Source: the human T2T-CHM13v2.0 reference genome, Homo sapiens. From it: a stretch of DNA of 64,000 bases. Made by a program: the position numbers and the translations under genes. The notes under the pieces are model-generated. The model did no database searches and was not told the origin of the DNA. It saw nothing but the letters and a program-made list of their open reading frames with translations. Of this stretch, positions 1-11,850 are shown piece by piece (position 1 is the stretch's first letter; each line of letters starts with the position of its first letter). The DNA lies in assembly GCF_009914755.1 (NCBI RefSeq), contig NC_060945.1; one strand, given 5' to 3'.

Positions 1-425
1 GGTTATATTCTTTTACTGGATTGACTGCTTTATCATTATGTAATGATCTTCTTTGTTTCTTTTAATGGTGTTTAAAGTCTATTTTACCTGGTACAAGTAA
101 AGCTACCCCTGCTTTCTTGATTTCCATTTGTATGAAATATTTTTCTATCCCTTTACTTTCAGTCTATGTGTGTCCTTACCAGTGAAGTGAGTCTCTTATA
201 CGCAGTATATAGTTGGGTCTGATTATTTTATCCATTCAGCCTTTCAATGTCTTTTAATTGGAGAATTTAATCCATTTATTTTCATTTGTTTTATTTCTAT
301 TGGTTTTATAGATCCTTTCTTCCTATCTTCCTATCTTCCTTTGTGGTGAAATTATTTTCTCTAGTAGTATGTTGATTTCTTGCTTTTTATTTTTGTATAT
401 ATATTACAGATTTTTGCTATGTTGT
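1..425 (-). mobile_element. Old L1 fragment (start of ORF2 / inter-ORF region), antisense
   Basis: Antisense L1 motifs such as ccctttactttcagtctatgtgtgtcc and ttttaattggagaatttaatccattta. Confidence 0.75.
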
Positions 426-780
426 AATTACAGATAAATTATTAATACTAGTAAGAGAGTTAGCAACATTCCAGGATACATCATCTATTAGACCACAAAA
501 TAAGTCTTAACAAATTTAAAATGTTTTAAATCATGTCTAGTACTTGTTCTGATCATAATGGTTTAAAACTAGATATCAGTAATAGGAGGAACTTCAGAAA
601 CTTTACAAATACCTTATAATTAAAGAACATGCTCCTTAACAACCAACAGGTCAATGAAGATATTAAAAAGAAAATTTTAAAAATTCCTGAGACAAATGAA
701 ATGGAAACACAGCATACCAAAACCCATGGAATACAGTAAAAGCAGCTCTAATAAGGAAGTTTATAGCAGTAAACACCTAA

Positions 781-1711
781 TACAAAGCTCCCAAACAGCA
801 AAAGAAATAATCAACAGAGTAAACAGACAACCTACAGAAGGGAGAAAATATTTGCAAACTGTGCATCTGACAAAGTGCTAATATCCAGAATCTACAAGAA
901 ATTCAACCTAATAAGAAACACACACACAGACACACACACACACACACACACATAACTTCATTAAAAAGTAGTCAAAGGAGACAGACATTTTTGAAAAGAA
1001 GACATACAGACGGCCAAAAAGCACATGAAAAATAAAAAATATAAAAACACAGATGTTGGCAAGGATTTGGGAAAAAGAGAAAGTTTATACACTCTGGGAA
1101 TGTACCAGCTCTTTGGAAAACAGGATATGGATTGCTCAAAAAGTTAAAAATAGAACTACCATTTGACCCAGTAATCCCACTCCTAGATATCTGTCCAAAG
1201 GAAAAAAAATCATTACATAAAAACCGTGCCTCCACTCATATATTTTTGCAGCACTATTTATAATAGCAAAGTCCTGGAATCAATCTAAGTGTGCATCAGC
1301 AGATGATTGGATAAAGAAAATGTGGCATATATATACTATGGAATACTACTTAGCCATAACAAACAATGAAAATGTGTCTTTTACAGCAACATGGATGAAA
1401 CTGGAAGCCATTATTTACGTGCAACAACTGAGAAACAGAAAGTCAAATATGCATCTTCTCACTTATAAGTAGTAGCTAAATAAGGGTAGAGACAGACATA
1501 CAGAGTGGAATAACAAACATTGGAAACTACAAAAGGTTGAAGTATGGGAGAGGGATGAGAACTGAGAAATTACCTATTCTGTACAGTTTACATTTTTAGG
1601 TAATGGTACTCGAAAAACCCAGACTTTACCTCTACATAATAATCCATGTAACAAAAATGCACTTGTTCCCCTAAATCTACAAAGATAAAAAGAAGAAAAA
1701 AGAAAAAAAAA
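781..1711 (+). mobile_element. L1MA-type 3' end with poly(A), nested in older L1
   Basis: aatcaacagagtaaacagacaacctacaga, gcaacatggatgaaactggaagccatta, A-rich tail about 1681-1711. Confidence 0.85.
918..952. repeat. (CA)n microsatellite
   Basis: Seen directly. Confidence 0.95.
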
Positions 1712-3881
1712 GTTTATGTTAAAAGAAGAAAGATCTTAAATAAACAAGCTAACATTACACTTCAAGAAATAAAAAAAACAAGAACTAATTAAACCCACAA
1801 TTAATAGAAGGGTGGAAATAATAAAGATCAGAGCAGAAATAAATGAAATAGACACTAAAAATCAACAAAATTAAGAGTTTGTTTTTTGAAAAGATAAATT
1901 GACATTTAGCTAGACTAAATAAGAAAAAAAGAGGAAATAAAATAGCAGGTAAAAAAGAAGACATTACAACTACAGAAATATAAAGGATCATAGGAGTCTA
2001 TAACAAACAATTATATGCCAACAAATTGAATAACCCTAGAAGAAATGGATAAATTGCTGGACACATACAATCTATCAAGACTGAATCATGAAGAAATAGG
2101 AAGTCTGAATGGACCAATAATGAGTAATAAAATTGAATCAGTAATAAAAAATCTCCAATCAAAGAAAAGCCCCAAACTTGATTGCTTTACTGCTGAATTC
2201 TAATAAACATTTAAAGAGGAGCTAATACCAGTTCTAATCAAACTACTCCAAAAAAATCGAAGAGGTAGAAGTTCTTCGAGACTCATTCTACCAGGCCAGC
2301 ATTATTCTGTTGTCAAACCCAGACAAGGATGCAACAAAAATCAAAATCAGGGCAGTCATGGGATACATGTAACTATGGAATGCAAAATTTGGATATGGAG
2401 TTAGAATACCTAACTATGCAACACTTTGATTACTTTCAGCTGACCTCTTTTGTTTACACCAGTTTTATGGGCCCCTGAGTGTGGTGTTAGTGGTGGTTAC
2501 AATATTGACCTGCTAGCTACATGAAGCTGCTCAACAGCTACCCAGTCTTCATGTCCTTTTGTGAACTATTTCTAGAAAGAAATGGATTCCCAGCTCTCAG
2601 TTGTAATCTAACTGCAGAGTAATGTTGGATAATACATCAGCCTCAAGAAATTTTCCAGATTAAATTGTCTGAGTGAGAAGTATAAAAGTGTATCTACTGG
2701 AAATGCAAGCTAATTATGTCACATTCTTGGCTTTTCAGTTTTAAGTTACATGTTAAATGTGTATTTGAAGAAAGAGCTTCTAGTTAAAGACTGTGAAAAA
2801 AAAGACATTTTGTCTCCATTTCATTCACTCAGAAATTGTTAAAGAAATAAATTCAGTCAAAAGCTGTGTCTATGTGGGAGGGGGTAAAAAAGTGGGGAAG
2901 AGATGAAGTTCCTCTTCACTTTCAATGAAAGAGGAAATGGCTGTGTTCCCATATCCTGAATTTGTCATAAACCTGCCAAATATATGGAATGTGGCCTGGA
3001 ATGAGAGAGACCATGCTCAGTACTGACCTATCTCCTCTGATCTTTAGCAGGAAATTGTAAAAGTAAATGTTATAGTCTTGAAAGGGCTAGCCAACTATTA
3101 TTTGATTAAAGTGAAGTGAGCCAGAGAGATGGATGGGCAACCAGAGAATATAATAAAGATCTAAAGTAAAGGGGGTAAATATGATAGCAAATTGTTTCTT
3201 ATATCTGAGATCTAGCTCCTAGTTAAGGGAAAATGCTTGGGGGAGGAGGAAAGTAAAGATGGAATATTTCCAGATAACAACCAAGAGAACTTGTGGATTG
3301 AGGAACATCTGCAATTTCTTAAACAGAGAAACTGCAGATACTTTTTCAGACCAAAAATAAAATAGAAAAAAATACCAAAAACCAAAATCAAAACAAAAGA
3401 ATAGATTTTGTAAAAGAATGATTAAGACAATACCCTAATCAAAATTCAAAATTCTCAAGTGCTTCACTTCATTCTGTCTTTGCCACAATAATTTTAAACA
3501 ACAATATTGAACTTATTAAAACAAAGCTATGAGAAGAAATAGACCAGTTTGAGATACATTTCTAAAAAGGGCACAAATGACATACATTATAAGAAGAAAA
3601 ACCCAAGGAAAAGCAGACTTGTTAAGGGAAACGTTTTCTATATTAAAAAAATTACAAATAAAAGGAGCTTTTAAGAACTCAAAAAAGGTATATAATAATT
3701 CAAGGAAGAAATTGTACAAAATAGATGGAGATTAAGACCAAACTAGTAGTGCTTGAGAATAAAATGAGAGAGAGAGAAAAAAAATAGACATATTACAGAG
3801 ATGATGCTACTGTCTCTGGTTAGAATGTAGAAAGAAGTAAAAAGCCTATGGTCCCATCATAACAAGAAATCCTAGATACAC

Positions 3882-3882
<1 letters not shown>

Positions 3883-3920
<38 letters not shown>
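3883..3920. repeat. (AC)n microsatellite
   Basis: Seen directly. Confidence 0.95.
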
Positions 3921-3922
<2 letters not shown>

Positions 3923-4261
3923 CTTTAAAGCCATCTAAGAACTGTGGATATAAAGTACAATAAAGGAGTCTATAGAAGTCTAAAGATTTTTATGTTCCAA
4001 TGTCAGGTAGAACTAGAGGATACTTCCATACTTTGGAGCAATTGCAGAGATTGCGGGCTGGGTAGGCAGAGGAGCAAGTCTATCATTGGTTGGAGAGAAA
4101 CCAATCAGCTTTTGACAAAGTATAAGGATAGCATGCCAGACATAAAACTGGAAGAGCCCCAATTGCCAAGTAAGTCCTCTCTGGACAGTCATTTTTTCAC
4201 ATGTAAATTTTGCCAAGTAAGTGCAGACTGGAAAAAAGTCTGAAAAAGAGAAACAGATTTA

Positions 4262-4490
4262 CAGTCGTGAAATATCACAATTTTGAAGTCTCACTGTCTT
4301 GCTTCTTATGGTCTTGCAACCTCACAGTCACAAATTCCTGTGGTCTGAGGTCTTAAAGTATTTCATTGGTTGGAGAGAAACCAATCAAATTTTGATGAAC
4401 TAAAACATACTTACGTATAACTATATACATATACATTAATAAGTGTATATATTCTTATATAAGAATATGTGTGTGTATATATTACTCTAT

Positions 4491-4526
<36 letters not shown>

Positions 4527-4905
4527 AAATCAATGGTTAAGTTGTTTAGTGGCATGATTACTTTGGTGGGGCCTTAGAATTTAAGCACCAAAAGTCTAAT
4601 AAGACTTCTATTTTCTTTCAGCCTAGGATCCAATTTCCTGTGTTGCCACAGGGCTGATATCTTTGATCTATTAAAATCTGCATTGGTATAGGTAGGTGGC
4701 AGGTATGGTTGGATTCTGTTCAACTGTGTCTTTAATCACTTTGAATATAAGGCAAGGCTTTCTCTCTAGGAGGGCGTAAGGACAGAGCGTCATCAAACTT
4801 CAATACTGAGAGTCTTTAAGACTAAGAGACCATGAGATCTCAATATTGCAAGACTGTGAGACTGTAAGGCAGCATGCTGCTATGATTTTGAATAACAAAA
4901 GACTG
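4262..4905. mobile_element. Probable Tc1/mariner (Tigger-type) non-autonomous DNA transposon
   Basis: TA|CAGTC at the left end and GACTG|TA at the right; subterminal inverted similarity gtctcactgtcttgc / gcaagactgtgagac. Confidence 0.5.
4493..4524. repeat. (GT)n microsatellite
   Basis: Seen directly. Confidence 0.95.
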
Positions 4906-5336
4906 TATCCACACAAACAGACACACACACAATCCACATGTTAGATTTAGCAGGCAGACTTTAACTTATAGCTATATTAAAAAATTCATAGGGTAAAGAG
5001 TCAATTTCAAGAGATATTTGAATGTATAAAATAGAACAAAATTGAAATCTAATTTGGAACTGAAAAGTAAAATATACTTAAAATTAAAAAATTGATAGAT
5101 TTGCATTAGCTTGGACATTGCAGAAGAAATTACAAGTAAATAACACATCAAAATAAACTATTCAACATAAAGCACAGAGAGAAATAAATTGATCAAATTG
5201 AACAGAGCCTCAATGAGCTGTGGGAAGTTACAAGTAGTCTCACATTCATATGATAGAAATATTGGATAGAAAAGAGAAAATGAGAGAATAATATTTAAAG
5301 AGATAATGATTATATGTCTTTAAAAATTTTAAGAAA

Positions 5337-5605
5337 GGCCAGGTACAGTGGCTTGTGCATGTAATCTCAGCACTTTGGGAGGCTGAGGCAGGAGGACTGC
5401 TTGAGCCTAGGAGTTTGAGACCAGCCTGGGCAACATAGGGAGACCCCATCTCTAGCCAGGCACATGGTGGTGCACACCTGTGGTCCCAGCTACTCAGAAG
5501 GCTGAGTTGGGAGGATCATTTGCACCTGGGAGGTCAGTGCTTCAGTGAGCCATGATTGTGCAGAGCAATACTATGTCTCAAAAAAAAAAAAAAAAAAAAA
5601 GAAAT
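5337..5605 (+). mobile_element. AluJ with internal deletions
   Basis: ggaggactgcttgagcctaggagtt (J-type); middle A linker missing; poly(A) tail. Confidence 0.9.
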
Positions 5606-6127
5606 AAACCTACAAATCCAAGAACGATGACCAACACAGCAAGATAATTACAAGGAAAACTATTTTTAGGTACTTCATGATCAAAATGCTGACAACCACA
5701 GGTTTATAGAAAATTTTCAAAGTATTCAGAAAAATAAGACACTTTACATGTAGGGTTACCATGATAAGGATGATGGCTGTCTTTTCCTCTGCAATAATGA
5801 ATGCCAGAAGATAATGGAAAAACATCTTTTAAGTGCTGAACGAAAAATTACTTACCGTTAACCAAAGAAAAAAAATCCTTAAAAATGAAGAAAATAGAGT
5901 TTAGGATAAATGAAACCCACGCTAATATATTGCCAATAGAACTGCCCTACAAAAAAATTCTAAAGGAATTTTTTCAGGTTGAGGAGAAATGATACCAGAT
6001 ATAAACTTGAACCTAGAGGAGAAGAGATTATGTGCATTTGAAAATAGTCAACATGTGGGGGACATAAATAATTATGTTTTTAAAATGTTCTTATTTTCTA
6101 TTTAAGAAAATGGATTATTTAAAGCAA

Positions 6128-6490
6128 GGTATTTGTCCATTCTCTCACTGCTATAAAGACACTACCCAAGACTGGATAATTTATGAAGAAAAGAGGTTTA
6201 ATCGCCTCTCAGTCCCGCATGGCTGGGGAGGCCTCAGAAAACTTACAATCATGGCGGAAGGCGAAAGGGAAGCAAGGGACATCTTACATGGCAGCAGGAG
6301 AGAAAGACAGTAGGAGTAACTGCCACTTTTAAACCATCAGATCTTGTGAGAACTCCCTCACTATCATGAGAACAGCTTGGAAAAAATTGCCCCCATGATC
6401 CAGTCACCTCCCACCAGGTCCCTCCCTTGACACATGGGGATTACAATTTGAGATGAGATTTGGGTGGGGACACAGAGCCAAAACATATCA
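6128..6490 (-). mobile_element. MST-type MaLR solo LTR
   Basis: gagatttgggtggggacacagagccaaaacatatca end; 5-bp TSD agcaa on both sides. Confidence 0.9.
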
Positions 6491-6704
6491 AGCAATAATA
6501 AAATAATATAAGATTTACATACTGAAGTAAAATATTTGACCACAGTGCCCCAGATAATACCAAGTAAATAATGGAATTGTAAATAATATTCACTAAGTAT
6601 ATAATATTAACTCAAAGCAGACTGTAATAAGTTAAGGATGCATATTATAATCCCTAGAGCAAGAATTAGAACATACAAATTAGCATAGCTAGAAATTCAG
6701 TTGA

Positions 6705-6865
6705 AGCCTGGTATAATGTTGCATGCCTGTAGTCCTAGCTATTCAGGAGGCTGAGGCAAGAGTATTGCCCAAGTCCAGGAGTTAGAGACTACAGTGAGCC
6801 ACGATTGTGCCACTGCACTCCCGCCTGGGTGACAGAATGAGATTCTGTCTCTAAAAAAATAAGAA
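6705..6865 (+). mobile_element. Alu monomer (FRAM/AluJ right arm)
   Basis: gcctgtagtcctagcta to gtgacagaatgagattctgtctctaaaaaaa. Confidence 0.85.
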
Positions 6866-7113
6866 AATAATAAAAATTCAATTGAGAAAATAAAATACTT
6901 TAAAAACTCAATACTCAAACCAAAAGAAGAGAGAAAATGAGTACAAAATGTAAGAAATACAATGAGCAAGAAAATCAAATTGCAAATGGTAGGCTAAAAC
7001 CTGACTACATAAATAATTACATTAAAGTAATGGATTCAAATCTGAAATTATAATATAGAGATAGAGATTAAACAAAGTAAGACCATACTATAAACTATTT
7101 AAATATAAAGACT

Positions 7114-7400
7114 AGTCTGGGTGTGGTGGCTCACGCCTGTAATTCCAGCACTTTGGGAGCCTGAGGTGAAAGGATCATGAGGTCAGGAGTCCAAGACCAG
7201 CCTGACCAACATGGTGAAACCTTGTCTCTACTAAAAATACAAACATTAGCTGGGTGTGGTGGTGCGTGCCTGTAATCCTAGCTACTCAGGAGGCTGAGGC
7301 AGGACAATCACTTGAACCCGGGAGGTGGAGGTTGCATGAGCTGAGACTGTGCCACTGCACTCCAGCCTGGGCGACAGAGCGAGACTCTGTCTCAAAAAAA
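7114..7400 (+). mobile_element. AluS
   Basis: Full dimeric Alu consensus match. Confidence 0.95.
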
Positions 7401-7719
7401 ATTTTTTTAAATAAATAAATGTATAAATGTAAAGACTAAGAAGTTGAAATTAAGGATGAAAGCAGATTTAACATATAAACATTAAGCAAAAAGAAAAAAA
7501 TTTGTGTTGTGGCCATAATATCAGAAAAAGTAGATTTTAAGACAAGGAGTATTACAAGAGATAATGAGTGATATTTTGCAATAAGTGGTTAATTTATTGG
7601 GAAGGCATAAAAGTCTTAAGTATATACAAGAAAACTTCAAAATACACGATGTAAAAGGTGTCAGAAATAAAGGAAAGAAGAGATAAACCCAAGAACATAG
7701 TTGCAAATTTTAACATCCT

Positions 7720-8200
7720 TGTGAAGGTTAATTTTATGTATAAGCTTGACTGGGCCACTAGATATTCAGATATCTAGTTAAACATTATTTCTGGGTGTGT
7801 CTGTGAGTGTTTCTGGAAGAGATCAGCATTTGAATCAGTGAACTGAGTAAAGAAGGTTGTCCTCTCCAATGTGGGTGGGCAACCAATCTGTTGATGGCCT
7901 AACTAGAACAAAGAGACAGAGGAAGGGAGAATTTGTTCTCTCTGCCTGACTGAGCTTGGACATCAGTCTTCTCCTGCATTGGACTGTGTTTATACCATCA
8001 GTGCAGCTGGTCCTCAGGCCTTTGGACTTGGATTGGAACTTGAAGTATTGGTTCTGTTGTTTCTCAGGCTTCAGACTCAGGCTGGAACTACACCACCAGC
8101 TTTCCTGAATCTCCAGCTTGCAGATACATATTGCAAGACACATGTTACAGCTCAGCCTCCATAATTCATAAGCCAATTCCTCCAATTATTCATAATTCTC
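7720..8200 (+). mobile_element. MLT2 (ERVL) LTR
   Basis: Starts tgtgaaggttaattttatg..gcttgactgggccac; contains gagatcagcatttgaatcagt and cagcctccataat. Confidence 0.85.
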
Positions 8201-8204
8201 TCTC

Positions 8205-8337
8205 TGTATATATTTATAAATATATATTTAAAATATAAATATATAATTCTTATATATTTATATTTTAAATTAAATCATATATTTTATATAATATCTATAA
8301 TTTTATGTAATGTATAATTTTTAAAAAATATTTATAA
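8205..8337. repeat. AT-rich low-complexity (TA-derived) tract
   Basis: Seen directly. Confidence 0.85.
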
Positions 8338-8482
8338 TCTGGGTCTGTTTAGGCTACTGTCATAAACTTTTACTACCATCAACTGGATAGCTTATAGACA
8401 AGAGGAATTTATTTCTCACAGTTCTGGAGGCTGGAAAGTCCAAGATGAAGGCACAGGCAGATTCAGTGTCTGGTGAGAGCAT
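8338..8482 (-). mobile_element. MLT1A-type LTR fragment
   Basis: atttatttctcacagttctggaggctggaaagtccaagat. Confidence 0.8.
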
Positions 8483-9458
8483 GTCCATTAAGGTGTTCTA
8501 AGCAAAAGAGCAGTTCTTTTCTAAGAAATTTTTACCTTCAATGTTGACCAACTGAATAAAAATTCAGCCACCTTAAAAATGATAATTTCTTTTTTCACTG
8601 AAATAATCTTACCTGCCTGAAGTCATGGGATTAAATATTATCCTGGAGATTCATCTCATGATTGCAGGTGGCATTAAGTGAATGATTAAATGGCTATTCT
8701 TAATCTCCTATTGTCCATTTCTGAAAAAGTTTTCCTGAGAAAAACCCTGACTTCTTTAGTAGGGGTTGTGCTATTATTGTCATAGATGTAAATACTGTAC
8801 AATTGTTCTACTCCTTTCTCTTGAAATCTTACAACCTGACTTTAAGCTCCGCTGTTTTATTACTTTTTTTTCCTCTTGGAAACACCTTTAGTTTTCAGGA
8901 GAGTCCTAGGAATATTCAATTAAAATTCTGCATAATGACTCTTTAGACAGTCACCAGGGGAGTACTAATGCAGAAACCATGAGACCAGCTTATCTTAGAG
9001 TTGCCAAATATACCTGAAAATCATATAATGAGTGGATTGATATTGCACATAAGAGTCAGAGTAGTGGGAATTTTGATTTGCCCTCAGAAATGATGTGCTT
9101 TAGGGAAAAAAATTGCTTGCTTTTTTGGGAATAGACTTTTATAAAAACCTGAAGTGCTGTGAAGCAAGTCAGGGGATTTGGGTTCCAGGGCTTGCATGGT
9201 CACTTACTAATTCTGTGGTTAGATGTCTTCAATCCTTTATTTGTCAATAATTTGTGAGGCTGTTTTGAGGATTAAACAAGGATGTCTCAGAAAAGAGCTT
9301 CAGAAATATATTAAAGCCCATCTATCTGTTTGACTGAATGCCTTGATCCCGGAAGAAAAAGATTTTGAGGAGTTCATATAACTTTCAGGGAGTCTTTTCA
9401 TATGTTCTATGGGGATTGCAGGCTAGGAGTATCGAGTCAAAAGAGAAGCATCTCCATC

Positions 9459-9875
9459 TGATATAGTTTGAATATTTGTCTGCATCCAAATCTCATGTTG
9501 AGATGTAATCCCCAGTGTTGGAGATGGGGCCCAGTGGGAGGTGTTGGAATCACGGGGGTGGGTCCTTCATGAATGATTTGGGTCATCTCCTTGATGACAA
9601 GTGAACTCTTGCACTGAATTCACATGAGATCTGGTCTTTTAAAAATGTGTGACACCTCCCCTCACTCTCTCTCTCATGCTTCTCCTGCCATGACACGCCT
9701 GCTCCACCTTTATCTTATGCCATAATTGAAAGCCTCCTGAGGCCCCCCCAGAAGCAGATGCTAGCACTATGCTTCCTGCACAGCCTCCAGAACTGTGAGC
9801 TAATTAAACCTCTTTTCTTATAAATTACCTAGTCTCAGATATTTCTTTATTGCAATGCAAGAACAACCTAAGATA
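9459..9875 (+). mobile_element. MSTB-type solo LTR
   Basis: tgatatagtttgaatatttgtc..caaatctcatgttga start; attaaacctcttttcttataaattacc near the end. Confidence 0.9.
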
Positions 9876-9892
9876 CCATCCTTCCAATCTTT

Positions 9893-10482
9893 ATATCAGT
9901 TTCTTAGTCTGTTTGGGCTGGCATAACAAAAATATCAAAGACTAGATGGCTTATAAACAACATAAATTTATTTATCACAGTTCTGGAGGCTGAGAGGTCC
10001 AAGATCAAGGCACCAGCATATTCAGTGTCTGGTGAGGGCCCACTTCTGGTACCTTAGAGAGCTATCTTCTCACTGTGTTTTCATATGGCAGAAGGGGCCA
10101 GAAAATTATCTGGAGTTTTTTCTATGAGTGCACTAATCCCATTCATGAGAGCTGTGTCCTTATGACCTTAACCCCTCAAAGGAAAGAAGAGATAAACCCA
10201 AGAACATAGTTGCAAATTTTAACATCCTTGTGAAGGTTAATTTTATGTATAAGCTTGACTGGGCCACTAGATATTCAGATATCTAGTTAAACATTATTTC
10301 TGGGTGTGTCTGTGAGTGTTTCTGGAAGAGATCAGCATTTGAATCAGTGAACTGAGTAAAGAAGGTTGTCCTCTCCAATGTGGGTGGGCAACCAATCTGT
10401 TGATGGCCTAACTAGATGAGGCCCTCAAAGGCCTCATCCCAAATATATCACATTGGGGATTAGGTTTCAACATATGAATTAA
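9893..10482 (-). mobile_element. MLT1A-type LTR interrupted by a templated insertion
   Basis: cagttctggaggctgagaggtccaagatcaagg to atcacattggggattaggtttcaacatatgaatt. Confidence 0.85.
10178..10416 (+). repeat. Exact 239-bp copy of 7669-7907
   Basis: Base-by-base identity by eye, offset 2509; includes the L1/MLT2 junction. Confidence 0.97.
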
Positions 10483-10509
10483 ATCAGATAGTTGATAATT
10501 GTCCTGGAT

Positions 10510-10870
10510 TTTTCTCTCTTATTCACTAACTCTATCTAATCAATCATTATGCTTTATCAACTGTGCCTCTTAGATATCTCTGGAGTCTACTTGAAATGCT
10601 CCACCTTGACCACCACCAACATGTTTAGGCCACAACCGTGTCTCATATCTAGTTTCATGTCAGTCTATTCTTCGGTTGCAGAATGATTTTAATAAAATGA
10701 ACATTGGATTATATAACTTTTTTACTTAAAATCTTTTACTGCTCCCTCCCTCCATCAAGATAGAGTTTAAACTTCGTACTCTTCCTACATGTTTCCTGAT
10801 CTTGCTCTTGCTTCCTTTGTATCTTCACCTCTATTCTCCTCCATGTTTTGTTCATCAGGCACTAGGAAAC
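10510..10870 (+). mobile_element. L2 fragment
   Basis: Pyrimidine-rich, degenerate L2-like motifs (e.g. tttacttaaaatctttta). Confidence 0.5.
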
Positions 10871-11449
10871 CACACAGGGTAGGTTGTTGTAATGTTATGA
10901 AGAAAATCCACTGTGATGGGACCATGAATAGTGGAAATTGGAGGTCTTTTTGTACCTTTTTTATATAAGCCTTTTGTATTGCTCATATTCTATAAACCAG
11001 AATCTTTATCTTCTGTTCAATAACCACAAAGTGCTAAAGGATCCAAGATATTAAAAGAGATGATGGTTCAAGAAATAGAGACAAAGCCACATTATAAAAA
11101 TAATAAAATATAAAATAAAATATAAAAATAATAAAAATAATCTCTTAGTGCAAATTAGTTCTCAAATCTAATCAAATAAAACAAGAGGTATCGGAGTCCT
11201 AAATATTGTTTATAAAGAAAATGTTTTGGACTTGGGAGTGTCTGTTTGACCTTACCTTTTAGGCAGCCTTTTTTTTTTCTTTATAAATACGCCTCAGAAC
11301 TGGAACTTCAAAAAATATTGATTTAAACTTTTTCTTCAGAGGGAAATGTCTTCATCAATTAGTACAGATTGTTATTGATGTTTCCAAGAAATTTTACAAC
11401 TTTTTGTTTGGCAGAATACTTCAGTCTCAACATCAAGGCCAAGAGTTTT

Positions 11450-11850
11450 TTTCTTACGCCTAACCAAGCCCTCCCTCCCTCTTTCTAATTTAGGCACATT
11501 TCCTGTCATTGTTTCCTTGGTCAAGATGAAGAATAATTTGGTTTATTTTTTTACTCACTGTAACATTTGTCATTAAATTTCCTCATGGGCTTTTCTTCTC
11601 CAGAGGAAATGATCCCAGTGCCTTTATTCTTTTCTCCAAATGATAGTTTTCTATTTTTCTCATTATATTTTATGTTTTTTGCCTTTCTGATCCCCTCTCA
11701 AATTTCTTCACATTCATGTAAACTGTAAAGACAAACACTGGGCACAGTATTCTATTAGGGTCAGACCATTGCCAAAAAAGAAGTGGAAGGTTGCTTCCTA
11801 GCTCTAGGCAAGTGACACTACTGTTAATATATCCTGGTATCATACTACTT
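11450..11850 (-). mobile_element. Possible CR1/L3 relic
   Basis: aaacactgggcacagtattctattagggtcagacca resembles antisense CR1 ORF2. Confidence 0.35.

Larger units (their letters stand above)
485..2345 (+). mobile_element. L1M ORF2 remnant (endonuclease end onward), split by a nested L1 3' end
   Basis: gaccacaaaataagtcttaacaaattt to agcagtaaacacc (485-780); resumes collinearly at about 1712 (aaagaagaaagatc to ccagacaagga). Confidence 0.8.
4940..7719 (+). mobile_element. Ancient L1M (ORF1 and ORF2-start remnants) interrupted by Alus and an MST LTR
   Basis: A-rich ORF1-like motifs gccagaagataatggaaaaacatcttttaagtgctgaa and acctacaaatccaagaa; ORF2-like atatcagaaaaagtagattttaagacaa. Confidence 0.7.

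Noticed and set aside
4449-4468. 20-bp AT palindrome
   Set aside because: Within TA/TG low-complexity sequence where palindromes arise readily
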